NCBI GenBank assembly: GCA_028023455.1
Contig: JAQFVV010000003.1
Coordinates: 5,890,001 to 5,954,000, forward strand
Direction: 5' to 3'
Source: Epiperipatus broadwayi
Lineage: Eukaryota > Animalia > Onychophora
Length of the DNA stretch: 64,000 nt
In this document: in pieces, positions 50,823 through 64,000 of the stretch
How positions within the stretch are numbered: position 1 is the stretch's first letter
How the letters are laid out: each line of letters begins with the position of its first letter
Notes under the pieces: generated by a model
Databases searched by the model: none
Told to the model about the DNA's origin: nothing
The model's input: only the letters and a program-made list of their open reading frames with translations
Program-made: the position numbers and the translations under genes

Positions 50823-53319
50823 CTGTTTTAATAACAGTTACAAGCAAGCATAAGAACTGGTGCTTATGTGATGTTTATTGGTTTAATAATATTATTACAT
50901 TATTCCTTTTATTTTCTTTTAAATTAAGTAAATATATATGCTAAAAATATATATTTTATTACCCAGATGCCTCATCAAGATTGAAATTGCATATGTGAAT
51001 AATAATAATTATATTAGAAATAGTTAATGTATTCGTATAAAAAAAAATACAAAATATAAATACATACCTTACTCTAAAGTAAACCCTTATATGATATTTA
51101 GAGTATGTGGTTTAATATCAAGGGGGAAAGATGATATTGGTTAATGAGCAATAAGTGAGAGAAAGAAAAAACAAAAATATTTATAGATGTTTATGAATGT
51201 AGTGACAAAATAAATATTTATTTTTAATCCTTATTCTTTTATTCTTTGTCTCTTGTCTTTTAACTTTTTCCACCAAAATATAGCTATGCAAAAAACTGAC
51301 ACTTTGAGCCAGCGATAATAATTCTTGGGATGATTTTTCTTACTTCACATTTTTTCACAGAGTTTAAAAAATATATTTCCCATTTATTAACAGAGTTTTA
51401 AAATGAATTTCCAATTTGTTCATAAAGTTTTAAATGAATTCTCAATCCATTGATCACTCCTATACAATTTATGATTAAACAATTTTTTCCATGTTGTTTT
51501 AAAAAAATTATGGATTTTTCGAGTTAACAAAATGGGTTGTGATATTTATTCAATGATTATTCCATAATTAACTGGTCATTCTCAGTAAATCTCTTTTCTT
51601 GGTAGGGCACAATTATGACTTCATTTTGACAGAGCTGGAATGGAGCAATTCCATTTTTTCCTTCATGCTAGGTCATGCAGGTTCAACAACTTTATTTTTT
51701 TCTTCCATGGAGCACCATGATAGTCAGCAGTGGATTATAAGTTTTATTAGCAGATCATTTGTTTAAAATTTAATTTTCATATTCTCTCCAAAATGTAGTA
51801 TGATTTACTTAAAAAAATTTATTGGCAACCCTGTTTATAACTTATCAAATTTAATTACTTCAATCCAACCCTCTATAAGGTGTTTATTAATAAATAGCAT
51901 AACTAAAACACCTTCCATACAATCATTAACAATTTTTGCTTTTTAAAAAGCACAGGAAAGAAAACATCATGATAATTAATCATTATCAGAAATAGAAAAT
52001 GGGAAGACAGAAAAAATTAAAAAAATATTATTTTTTAATAACATAAACATTCTGAAATTCCACATTTTTATAATAACTTAATTAAAACTTCTATAGCACA
52101 ATTGATAACTTTAAGAAACTATTTCTCTTCCTTTTTCATTTTTTTCAGATTAATTTTACAAACTAGTTTTGTTTTTTTTTTTTTTTTTTTGTATAGAAAT
52201 ATTTGTTTGAGATCAAATGTGAAGAAATTCATACTCCATACTCACACATACTCCATAATTGAACAAAGTTAACCCTTTATTTATTAAGGTTTTAGAATAA
52301 AGAAGAAAATGCTATTAATTATTAGCATCTTATTTAATGCAGAGTTTAGAATTAAAATGCTGTTATTAGCTTTCATATTTGTTATTTACATTTAATGCTT
52401 GATGTATCTATGCATAACTATGACATATATATATATGTATGTGTGTAAATGGTGTTTAATGTAAAGTTTAATCGATTAAGTCATATAATACATAATATTA
52501 TTATAATCAAGACTAATAAATTCCTCAACTTAACAATAGATGTGCATCTTGGATATTGGTTATTCATCATATGACCACAGAATAAGCTTAAAATGTTTGG
52601 AAACAGTCATGAGTTAGATACACACTAAGAATTAATTTAAAAGACTGAATATAAAAATTCATAAGACATTTTACATTAAGTTCCCCCAAACACCCAAAAT
52701 GCAGATCAGTGGCCAAATGCCATGAAAACAAAATTATCATGTAATCATAAAAGTAATTTAATATGAAAAAAACTTAATCTAAAAGTCTGCCTAAAAAAAA
52801 AACTGATCGAATTTGATTCATTCCAACAAACTTTCTAGAATAAATAAACTATAGTACAAAGTCTAATCTAATAATAAATACAAACATATAACTTCCTCTG
52901 TTCTATTTTATTTTAGGAAGTTTACTAGTATAAATTAAGTAGTTTTCTATATTAAAATAGTTTTTATGTTTAGTGGTTAATGCATTTACTTTTCGTTCCT
53001 TAAAATATAAGCTCCAGAAAAATTCAAGTTAAATAAGAACAATAATCAACATCAAATAAATCAGTATACAGTTATTTTTAGTTAGAAGGCAAAACAAAAA
53101 TAAAAAACTACTTATGTCCCCAATACTCAGCAGTTGTCAATGCTGAGAATGTAATATTTTCTTTCACTAATTTTCTTTATGGTAGACGGGAGGGGGTGAA
53201 GAGGTATAGTTATTTAAAGGCTATAACATATGCAAATAAACTTTAAGTAAGACAGATTGCAATCCATGGTCAATTTTAACATTATTTAAATGCAAGTATA
53301 TTGTCTATACTGAACTTAA

Positions 53320-53410
53320 TGTATGTGGTTATGTGTATAAGTTGTACATGATGGAGTGGATAGCTATAGGGATCTTGAAAGTCTGAGTTCAAACCCCTTC
53401 TAATTTTAAC
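53320..53410 (+). repeat. Partial copy of the distal arm of the 5378-5896 family
   Basis: gtatgtggttatgtgtataag...gatcttgaaagtctgagttcaaacccc. Confidence 0.45.
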
Positions 53411-54953
53411 ATTAATAATTTGTGCTGTGTAATAATTAAATGTAATTTAAAATTGATGGATATTAAAATATGCAATAAATATTTCTTGATATTTTAAAAA
53501 TAAATAAATAGGAAAACAGTCTAAAACCTCTGAAAAAAGAGCAAATTGTCAGTCAAAATTGTGAAATCTCATATCAAGAGAACTGGGCAAAATAAAGCTT
53601 CTTCTAATAATATCTCAAAATGGCCATTTTCAGATTTACTAATTAAATCAACACATAAATCTGTTAAGTGTCATTCAATAAATACATTTTCCAAGTTTGG
53701 TAAAATTAATAAATATGAAAATGCAACAATTATGATTCAAGGTATTATCTTTAAACCAAAGTAAGCTTGATTAATCTATGGTTACCAGACTATGTAGTAA
53801 TATACTATTCTTATTCCCAGATTGGTTTCTTGCTTTACCTTCATTAAATTTAAAGCTGAAATTAATATATGTGTGCATCTAGAACTGCTTTTTACTTCTT
53901 TATACTATATCTTGAAATTTAAAAAAATCAGGTTTTGAATTCAAACCAATTCAGATCTTCATAACTATACCAATCTCATCAATAGTGGTCATCAAAAATC
54001 AAAAACCAGTTTGGAAATGAAAATATTATAATACTATATAATCTGGTTTTCATTGATTACTCAAACTTATACTAATAAAATTTAGAGGAAAATTAAGACA
54101 ACTGTTCTTAGAGGCATATGAATAATCACATGTAAATGTCATGATATTATCATAAACATTAATATTCCTAGTCTAAAGAACTAAAAAAGACTCCTATCAT
54201 ATATTTGAGGCCTCTAAAATATAGAAAAATTGATTTTGACTCAGATATAAATGTATATTGTAAAAGTACAGACACGTGTGATGGAATCATAGAGTGATAG
54301 AAATCCCCAATCATCACAAATGAATACTAAGCATAAAAAATAAGCAAAAATCAGCATTGGAAATTATTATAAATAATTATAAGCTATAATATGGTATCAC
54401 CACCATTAATCATCAAGGGTAAACAATCATCTCTTGTAATTTGATTTAAAATTGGGATAAAATATAATCTGATGCTTATCATCATTTAGCTAATGCCAAA
54501 CTCAGGTCATAATATAACAACAATCATCAAAATTTTACCTGGACATACACATTTAAGTAATAATGCATGTACAATCATAAGTATAAAAACGTATGGGATC
54601 ATTATATTAATGCTGATCATCAACATTGCTTTGGGCCCTGAGGTATCATGAGTGTGCTGACCATCAATAAACTAATTACCAAATATATAAAGTAAAGCAT
54701 GGAGACTTTAAAAATGATATTTGCCTTTGTGTCATCCAAATAATTCTATAGAGAATCACCTGGAAGAACATAAACTTACACTCATTACATATATATTGCA
54801 AATACCATTATGTCTCAACTAGGTTTGGGATTGCAAGGATCCTTGACACTAAATGCAAAAGAAAAGACATATATTTAATTCATTCTAATATTAAATAATT
54901 TCATTGGTACAACCTACATATTCCTTAAAACACAACTCTATGATGAAATCAGT

Positions 54954-54981
<28 letters not shown>
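54954..54981. repeat. (CA)n microsatellite
   Basis: Direct reading of the sequence. Confidence 0.95.
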
Positions 54982-54984
<3 letters not shown>

Positions 54985-55117
54985 AATTTACAGAAAAGAT
55001 AGTTGGAAAAAATAAAGACAAAAAAATAATTTTGGAAATTATCTTTTTTTATTTAAATAAAAAACCTAATAAATAAAAGAATAAAATAATTTTGATGTAA
55101 ATATTTCAAACATATTT

Positions 55118-55734
55118 ATTCAGAAAAAGTATTATATGTAACTGAACAGGAAGTAACTGGAGCTTCCAATGAATTATATCATGTTTGCAATCCTATCACA
55201 ACAATCCATCAGCCCAGACATCAGATCAACTTATCAGACCATAGATACATTAGAAACATACTCTTTTTAACACAATTCACATAGCACATGTTATAATTCA
55301 ACTTTATACACACATTATTTCTAGAGAAACTCTAAACTTTGTTTAAAATAAAAATTACAATTCTATCACATATTACTGAAACATTTGTCCAAAGATATGT
55401 GAAAAGGATAAATGATCCCAACGATGCACATTTCAGGATCATTTATCCTTTCCACATGCTTTTGGCCTTATGTTTCAGTAATATGTGATAAAATTGTAAT
55501 TAATATAAAAAAATAATAATTAAGTTTGGAGTTTCTCTAGGAATAATGTATATATAAAATTAAATTGTAACATGTGCTATGTGAATTGTGTAAAAAAGTC
55601 TGTTTCTAATTTATCTATGGTCTGAAAAGTTTCTCTAATTTCTGGGCTGATGGATTGTTGCAATAGGATTGCAAATATAATATAACTCATTGGAATCTTC
55701 AGTTATTCCCTGTTCAGTTACATACAATCTGAAT
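55118..55734. mobile_element. Long foldback element (about 300-bp arms, 17-nt loop)
   Basis: 55118-55418 is the reverse complement of 55436-55734; core TA|TGTAACTGAACAGG...CCTGTTCAGTTACA|TA; loop caacgatgcacatttca. Confidence 0.9.
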
Positions 55735-57825
55735 TATTTATTTATTTACAAAAAATATTATAGTTTTAAATTATTTATTATTTGCTAAGTATGCTTTCTA
55801 CAGTTCTTGTCACATTCGTAGCACTTGTACTTCTTTGTTGGAATCAATATAATATTTAAATATAGCATGCCTTATGCAAATTTATTCAAATGTTTCATTT
55901 TCTTGATAGTGGTGCACAGGAGACTTTTATTTATTACATAAGGATTTTTTGCAATGACCTAGACCTTTTTAACATTACACTTTCTATCTTTTCTTTCTGC
56001 ACAAACTATTTTCACAGCTATTAAGTCAAAAATATAGCCTCATTCATGTTCCAAAAAATTTTGATCTATACTTATTATTCTTTTGTGCATGGTTGAATAG
56101 ATATCTAAGTTGAGCTACCCTAATAGACATACTCACTTATGATTCAATAATATACAGCCTTGCACAAGGAGTCACTGTATTTAATTAGCCTATCCATATA
56201 GTACACACAAATAATGCTTTACAATACATATAAATATAATTCCCTTCTGATTTTTATTTAATTAGTTAACATTTAATCTGAATAAACTTTTCTCTTGCAA
56301 TAGTCAAGTCCAAATAATATATTTCACAATAAAGTATAAAAAGTAACTTTAATTTGAACCTTCTCCTCCCCCCCCCTTTTTTTTTTTTTAAAAAAAAGAT
56401 GTCTCCATTTTAACCTAGAACAATTATTTACCATTTTCAACTATTATTTTCTTTTAAAGTAATATTTATAAATATATTGTTACATTATACAATATCATTT
56501 TATTATGATTTTTTTTCCCAGTCCTTCTTTTGTAGTTGATTGGTTGAATGTCTATTCTGGTAGATCTTCCAAGTAGTAATTTAGTCAACCTCTTGATTCA
56601 ATTTTTTTTTTTCTCAGCCTTTCTCAATAGTTAATTTATCCATTTGTAGTTTCAGGTTTTCAGTTTAATAATTATTTTCACTTAATTATTCTTCTATTTA
56701 TTTTATTTTTTTGTAGCTCCAAGTCAACATTTTAATAATTATTTTCATTTCATTTTATTCTGCTTAGTTTTTCTTTTTTCCTTTTTGTAACTCCAGGTTT
56801 CCAGTTTAACAATTTTTTTTCAGGGTAACATAAGTTGACACAGCCATAATTTTGAATGAATCACAACATGAGATTTGTTGAAAGTTTCTGCCAAGGGTAT
56901 TTTTCTTCTCCTTTAAGTGAAAAAGTGGTCACAGAGTTGAGTTAGGAATGATCAGTTTTTAGTAAGAAATTAGTATTTATAGTTCTGATAAACTCTATAA
57001 TAGTCTATTGCTTTTGTTAGTATCTTTATTAAAGAATAGTGAACAGTATCAAGTGAATAGTATCAAGGTACTACCCAGAGTTATCAAGGTAAATTTTTAC
57101 TTGTAATACATATACTGATCTCTTTAAGTAACTTATGAGTAGAGATCTTAATTTATATAAACCTAGACTGGCAATTTGTCTACATAAAGATTCAAACAAT
57201 GAAGCAATTCTGGGACAAATGCTTTAATACTCTGCATAAGTTAGTGCAAAGATAGAATGACTGACTTTAAGATATAAAGATTTCTGAATCAAAGCTAAAC
57301 TCCATAATTTCTGGTACTCTCAACAACCTGAGAAATGAACCATGTGACTGTATGATGTTAAATATGATAATGTTGAGTAGTTTAAGAATGTGATTTTTCA
57401 GGAATGAACATTTTTATTTTTGTCAATGAAGTTTTGATAAATGTTCAGATTTGAAAGTTTATTTATAAAATGGTTGTTGTTCTGCAGGGATGAAGTTATT
57501 TACAAAAAAAATAAAATAATAATAATTGAGAGGAAATACATGTGAATATTTTTTTTAATCCTTTCATGTTATTCATACAAAATAAGTACTCAAACAGAAA
57601 GTCAAGAATATAATATTATTTACCATGGGTAAGGTAAAATAAACTTTAAATAAAACTATTGTACCTCATAGATGAACAATGAAGAAAGGAGGAATTATTC
57701 ACAAGGTTTCTAATTGTTAGATAATAAAAATTTGAGTACTTCTTTCTATTCCATTCATTATTGAATAGTTAATAGAAGTGTCTAAGGGATAGCTACCTGA
57801 AAAAAAATATATAAAAACTTGTTTT

Positions 57826-57931
57826 GCATTGGTGATCGAGAGGTCAGTGCGACTGCCTTGCACTTGCAGGCAGTTGCCCGGGTTGCGGGTTCGCATCCCA
57901 GCCGGTGCTATGATATTAAAAAAAAAAAAAA
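57826..57931 (+). mobile_element. tRNA-Gly-like SINE with A-tail and target-site duplication (copy 2)
   Basis: GCATTGGTG...GCCCGGGTTGCGGGTTCGCATCCCAGCCGGTGC-tatgatatt-A(n); AAAAACTTGTTT on both flanks. Confidence 0.8.
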
Positions 57932-59229
57932 CTTGTTTAAAAAAATTCAAGTTTACACAACCTGAATCCAAATCTAACTCAAAAGTCAAGCAGATGAATG
58001 CTTATTATTGCATTACAAGACCCTTATATAAAATATCATATGATCAGCTATTTGAAAGATCAAAAAGCACTGGATCACCAAAAATGCATGTGGAAGAAAA
58101 TATTCCATCTACATAATCATGGCAAGATTTTTTGCTTTCTTAACACTAATGTTCAGTCCATCATTAAGCCTGATTGTTCAAATCCAGTCTATTCTGTAAC
58201 TGAGAAGCTTAAGTTGATTAAATGAAAATAAAAAAAGTGCTATTATATTTAAAAAATTTTGAGTAAAATTTATTTTATTTAAATTTAATGCCTATAAAAT
58301 GTGAGCTGTATTTAATTTTAAATTTTTTAAAACGAATTATAAATATTTTTTTCAGAATTTAGTTTCAAATGAAGCAGAAAAAAGAATGTAAAAAAATAAA
58401 AGCCTTTTAAGAATTGGATTCAGCAAAACTAAACATGAAGTCGAAAAGATCAGCTATGCAAAGTTGCACACACAAAAAAAAAAAATACCCAGAGATAAAA
58501 GTGGCAGACCCAAGTACAAAAGACCCCCAAATCAATTTTCAACTGAGTAAAAAAAAAAGTCAATTTGATAACTGAATAGAATCATTATTTTAGTGTTCAA
58601 ACATCATTTGATCTCTTGAGCAACTAATCATATAATTTTTTTTTAAAAAAAAAACAATACTAATAAATAGACACTTTTATACAAATTAAAAGAGATGGGT
58701 GGGATGCTGTGAGCTTTGAGGAGAAAAATAAAGAAGATATTTTTAAGTATTTGGAAAATAAATCAAAAGACAGACATTTAACATGAGGAATAGGATCTGC
58801 TTGAAAGATGCACAAATGCAGGCATTTTATATATTTTCAAAGAATTTGATTTATATATATTCTAATAAATTTAAAATGCCGTTTATTGTCCTACCTTTTT
58901 TTTCCGTGTATTTTTTTTTATTGATTAATTACTTTAAATTTCTGATTTCCTAAACACCTATTTGTTTTTCAAACAAAACACGCTAACTCTGCAATCTTTT
59001 CAAACGTAATTGCACTGGATTGGCTTTCTTTTCACGAAGAACTATTGGCAACCATAGTAATAAGAAAAGTCTGAACACATGTAACAATGCCAATTTATTT
59101 ATTTATTTATTTTGTTCAGCAAGCAAACAAAAATCTTATTATCAAATTTTATGTGCAGACTTAATGTCATCTGTTTTTAATGAACAATCAAGGAAAGAAA
59201 AGCAATTAGTGATAGATCTTCCAAACCAG

Positions 59230-59900
59230 CAAATGGTTAAAAATGAAAAATGTGAATATTGGAAAAGAAGAAAAAATGAAAAATAAAAATGGAAAGAAAT
59301 TAGAAAATGAAAGATTATTCGTGCATATAAAAAATGTAAATATTTAATGTAGTTTTCGGGTTCAACCGTGTGTGTGTGCTCGTTTGATATTACTATTTTA
59401 GCTAGAAGTCACTGTCATCATTTGTGTAGTAAAAGTAGGAAGTTGGAGAGATGGAGAACTAGAATGGAGAATAAAAAGAGTTTAAATATATATAGAAGTA
59501 AACAGAATATTGGATGTGAGTTAATTTATGATAATACCAAGGAAAATAATTTATTATTTAAGGCTCGAACAGAATCGTTAGCCACAAGAGAATGAATATA
59601 CATATAAATGAAGAAATGTGGGTGATTTAGTCTGCAAGTTATGTAAGGAAGGCATGGGAAATATTAGGCATCTGTTAATTGAATGTAAATGCTTACAAGC
59701 AGAGAGGATACCACTAATGATGTTGGGAGAGAATAAATATAAACAAATATATTATACAGAAAGTGGGTTATTGGTTTTTATTCTGGATTTGGAAAAAGAT
59801 AAGGGGGATTTAGATATAAAGATCATAGAGTGGACAAAGGTAAGGTTGTGGAAATGGGATGGTGCAGGATAGAGAAGAGAAAAACTTAGGGTGAATGGAA
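59230..59900 (+). mobile_element. Decayed non-LTR retrotransposon 3' end with CCHC-like motif
   Basis: WRTRMENKKSLNIY...LIYDN...LLFKARTESL followed by CKLCKEGMGNIRHLLIEC (ORFs 59368 and 59618). Confidence 0.7.
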
Positions 59901-61799
59901 AAGGAAGATAAGATAGCTAACAGGTTTCTCTGGGCATAGTGACTGAGAGATTCCTGACTCCAAGAAAAAAAAAGCCATAGTGCATCGCATTGCAAAAATA
60001 TCTTAGTAGATGACTATTTTCAGGTACTAATTTCTATAGCAACAATTACTGGGCTATTTTTACTACCCAAGCAATAACAGATGAGATCTAAGTAAAATTA
60101 ATTATAAACAACAAACCTGCAAATAAATAAAGATTAAATATACATTTTTTCGCTGCAAAAAAATCTTTTTAACATATTTGATACGCCCATACAAAAATTG
60201 AACAAAATAACGGGATCATCTACCATATGAACATTAGATTAATACAATTTTGAAACACTTATTAGCTTCTTCTTTTTTTGATCGATGCAATACAAAAACT
60301 TGAAAATTATATTTACATCTTTTTGACGATATAAAAAAACATTTATTTTATAATGGTATTATATTTTGATATGATTAGTACAAATGTGAAAATATACACT
60401 AACTCAATATGTTTTTTCTTTACAGGTAGAATCTAAAAAAGATAACAAGAATATGATGCCAGCTTTTTAAGTCTGCAAATAAAAAATATAAATTTTTGTG
60501 TGCAAAATAAATCAAATTGTTGGTGATCATATGTTTGGAACAACAGTAGTCCAAATTGTTGAGCTGTCTAATGTTTTAAAATCAATTGTCTTAAAACTAA
60601 TGACAACATTTATAAAAAAGAAAAAAATCTAACATATACTAGTGAAAAAAACTAGTCCAAAAATATAAAACACACACACATCCCAATGTAACCATTTTAG
60701 TATCAATAAGAATCTATCGTGAGCTTTAAGCACAGAGGTATTTATGTAAAAATTGCTATGCATATAAAGATAATTGATCATAAATATTCAATGACGAATG
60801 AAATTGAGTAATCATTTACACAATCTGGAATTCACCAAAAACACAGCCCATTAAATAAACAGCTTTCTCAAAACTTTGAAACATGATGGAACTATAATGA
60901 CTTAAATAACCATTTTGTGATATTATTTTGATCCAATTATTATTTTAAATTTTGATGCATCACATTTGCAAACTATTTGCACATTCTACAAAGGCTAGAT
61001 GTCTTATCATTTCCTAGAATATAATACTTCAATTCATACAGCACCACAAATAAATATTGGTTTGAAATACATAAGTGTAATGTTACACCATTCCTATAGC
61101 CTGACCAATCATTTGATTTAAACATTATTTAGTCTTCATATTATATTCTTAAAAAGTGAACAAGATGTGTCATATCCAATGTTCCTCTAAAAGTAGATTC
61201 TCTCTGAGCTAACCAGGGCTGACCACACCAAACCAATTACTTACTATGCAGCAAAAAAAAAAAAAAAATGTCAAAATTTAACATTTATTGGTATATTTAT
61301 ATGTAAAATATTTTATATATAATTAAAAATTGTAGAACTTAAATTAAAAATAATAACATAACTCAATAATAATAATTAATCCTTAATTTTTTCAAGTTCT
61401 TTATAGTTTATCAAAATTTTATAAACTTTATCTGCTTTTCTGACAAGATATAATGCTTATTTTTATTAAATTATCCATATCTTTATTATTTAGTTTATTA
61501 CAAGATTTTTATTTTATTGCTTTCATTAAATTAAAACCACATTCACAATCTATATTGGAAGCTTGAAAAGTTGCACAAATATAGAAAAGTATTGAAAGTT
61601 TTTTATATTCTTGGTCTTTTAAGGCATGTATTTAAATTATTAAATGATTTAATTACTTCAATTTACATTTTTTATTTACTAAAAATTTTAAATTATGATA
61701 TTGTTCTAATATGGAATTTAGATTTACATGTTTTTATGATTATTTGTTATGGATTAATATTTTACAAATATACATTTTAGACTATCTTTTTATTTTTCA

Positions 61800-63050
61800 T
61801 TGCAAAAGGATCCAAAGTATTGCAGTCATTTATATCTCTTCTGAAAATCTAATATCTAAATGATTATAAAGCAGCAGAATAAATTTAAGTATTGGTGAAG
61901 TATACATATAATCATTGGAATCTAAAATTGTTTGAACCACACTCCAGCAGATATTATCTAGTTATTGCACTCCTTGTTTATTAATTTATTTACCTTTGCA
62001 AATTGGTGTGCTTCCATTGAGAATGAATTAGTCCTTTGCAATGTCTTGTTTAATGCTAATAAACCTGAAAATGCATTTTGAAGAATCACACATATTACTT
62101 AATATTGTGGGTTTTTGAGAGCTTTTTAAACAATACTTATTTATTGGGTCATTGAATAATTCAACTTGTTCTGTGCAGTAATTTATTTAAATGTAATAAC
62201 TTCTTACCAGGGTATTCAGTACAAAATATCTAAATATTTATCTTACATCACTGAGAGATCTGAATGATATAACATCAATTTCTGAAATGTTGGCCAAATT
62301 CTTTATATTTTCAATTTTTATAGATAATCCATTAAACATTGTATATATTGTCCTTTAAAAAATTTCAATTTTCTTAATAAATGGAACCTTTTTCTGTGCA
62401 TCATATATCATAGTGCTATTGACTCAAATGTGAAATATTGTCTCATAGACAAGCTGCCACATCATTTGTTTTTCCTAACAATACAGTGGTAAACATAACC
62501 ATTTTTTTAAAATCAGGTTATTCTCTCTATAAAACTTTTTACTTCTATGTATATATAAGCTTAATAATACTGACAAATTTTGTATGATATCTGGATTCAA
62601 ATTTTGATCAGTATTTTATTTATATATAATTTTTTTCTACCGAAATATCTCTGTTCTTTCATCAATTGACAAACAATGAAATTAAGATGTCTGACCTTCA
62701 CTAATAATTTTCTTATGTATGATTAAATTTATACATTCTATAAATTCAAAGAAATAATTCTTGCTATACCATGATTTGACAACATTAACAAATTTTCCTA
62801 CATGTCCATGTATAAACTGAACAGAGAGCATTGATGAATTGATGATAATTTCTAAGATAACATTTTCTATTAGAACTTCTATCACATTTTTGTCCATTTT
62901 TTTATGTTCATTGTTTTCTAATCTGAGATTACAATCTTCCAAATTTTCAATTAAAATTATTGAAATTCCTTCATTGATTTTATTTTGGATGACAATAACT
63001 GAGTCGTATGAATTTTTGACTTAAATGCCACTTTAAATAGTTTATTTTCC
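61800..63050 (-). mobile_element. Decayed hAT-superfamily transposase
   Basis: QFIHGHVGKFVNVV resembles the hAT (Y/F)IHCxAHxLNL motif; VILQNAFSGLLALNKTLQ resembles the downstream IL...NxLSxxLQ helix; multiple stops and frameshifts. Confidence 0.55.
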
Positions 63051-63209
63051 ATTCAACCTATATTTTACTTGAAATAAATTTACCTTTTAAATTTGTCTGA
63101 CAAAATTTTTTACATATGACATCATCTGTATTGCTTTGGTCACTAAAAACATCCTTAAGTTTAATATAGTTTAATAATTGATTTAACTTCAACTAATTTA
63201 AAAAGCTAA

Positions 63210-63278
63210 TTTTTTTTTTTACATGTGTCAAAGCATCGCCCGGGAAGTGAACCCAGGACAATTGCTTGTAAGGCAGCT
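63210..63278 (-). mobile_element. 5'-truncated tRNA-Gly-like SINE (copy 3)
   Basis: Minus strand ...ctgccttacaagcaattgtcctgggttcacttcccgggcgatgc-tttgacacatgt-A(n). Confidence 0.65.
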
Positions 63279-64000
63279 AAATTGATTTGATGAAGATTAG
63301 ATTGACTTGCTGAACATTTCAATATTTGTAAAGTCTAAAATAAAATATTTATATTTTGGATGATTTTTTTTAATTACAAAAATAAAAAAAAGTCCCATTG
63401 CACATTAAACATCCTGTTGGCAGAGGAAAGGCAGAATTCCATCATCTCTATTATGTATAGGCCAAAATGTAATAGTATTGGAATCTATTTTTAGTTCTTT
63501 CAGGTGAGACACTGTACCTATATATTGAAGTCCTCATAGCAATACCCTTGTCTCCACTGTATGTACAGATCAATTCTATTTATTAATTCTTTTTATCAAA
63601 ATTAACAATCTGGATTCAATTTTATGTTTAAAGATAAAAACAAATGAATGAATACTTCAAATATTGGAATGTCTAGAGTTTGAAAAAAACACTGAGTAGC
63701 ATGACGGCTTTCAAAATTACTGTACACACTGCACAGTTTAGAGGGAACATTGGTCATATCCTCCACAGACATCTTTTTAAGGGCTTGCTTTTCTATTCAA
63801 GAGGTAATTGAATATTTTTCTAGTAGACTATAACCATAATTTTATATAAATTGTAAACATATATCATATTAATAAAAAAAATCATAAGTGTTCCTGTTTA
63901 TTTTATATTAATTTTGTTATCTACTATAACTCACCTTTTAAATTTTAAAATGTTCTTTTTTTGCTTTGGTTGAAGTTTTAATCTTGTTATGTGACAATAT

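Noticed and set aside
60426-60470. Strong acceptor followed by VESKKDNKNMMPAF*
   Set aside because: Could be a terminal exon, but no upstream exons or homology support it.
61994-62352. Three phase-compatible minus-strand 'exons' with good splice sites
   Set aside because: Would require a 17-nt intron; the peptides fit a frameshifted hAT transposase better.

Overview
Very AT-rich (roughly one quarter G+C by eye), CpG-depleted animal genomic DNA that is mostly intronic/intergenic and repeat-derived. No host protein-coding gene could be identified with confidence; the ORF track is explained by chance, microsatellites or decayed transposons. Recognisable elements: two decayed Penelope-like elements (RT + GIY-YIG; 28.6-30.1 kb minus, 34.5-36.4 kb plus), a solo LTR with a perfect 5-bp TSD nested in the second, decayed RTE-type and other LINE fragments, a decayed hAT transposase, and a three-copy tRNA-Gly-like SINE family. 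Two features stand out. First, several minimal type I hammerhead-ribozyme (HHR) motifs sit in short non-coding repeats, concentrated in a 1.4-kb cluster at 5.4-6.8 kb (a head-to-head HHR element, a 162-bp tandem HHR monomer and a long foldback) with further copies at 20.5, 36.4 and 39.1 kb; they resemble retrozymes/non-autonomous Penelope partners. Second, six long inverted repeats occur in 64 kb. A structured C/D-snoRNA-like element (15.6 kb) and CpG-retaining promoter-like islands with divergent splice donors are weaker candidates.
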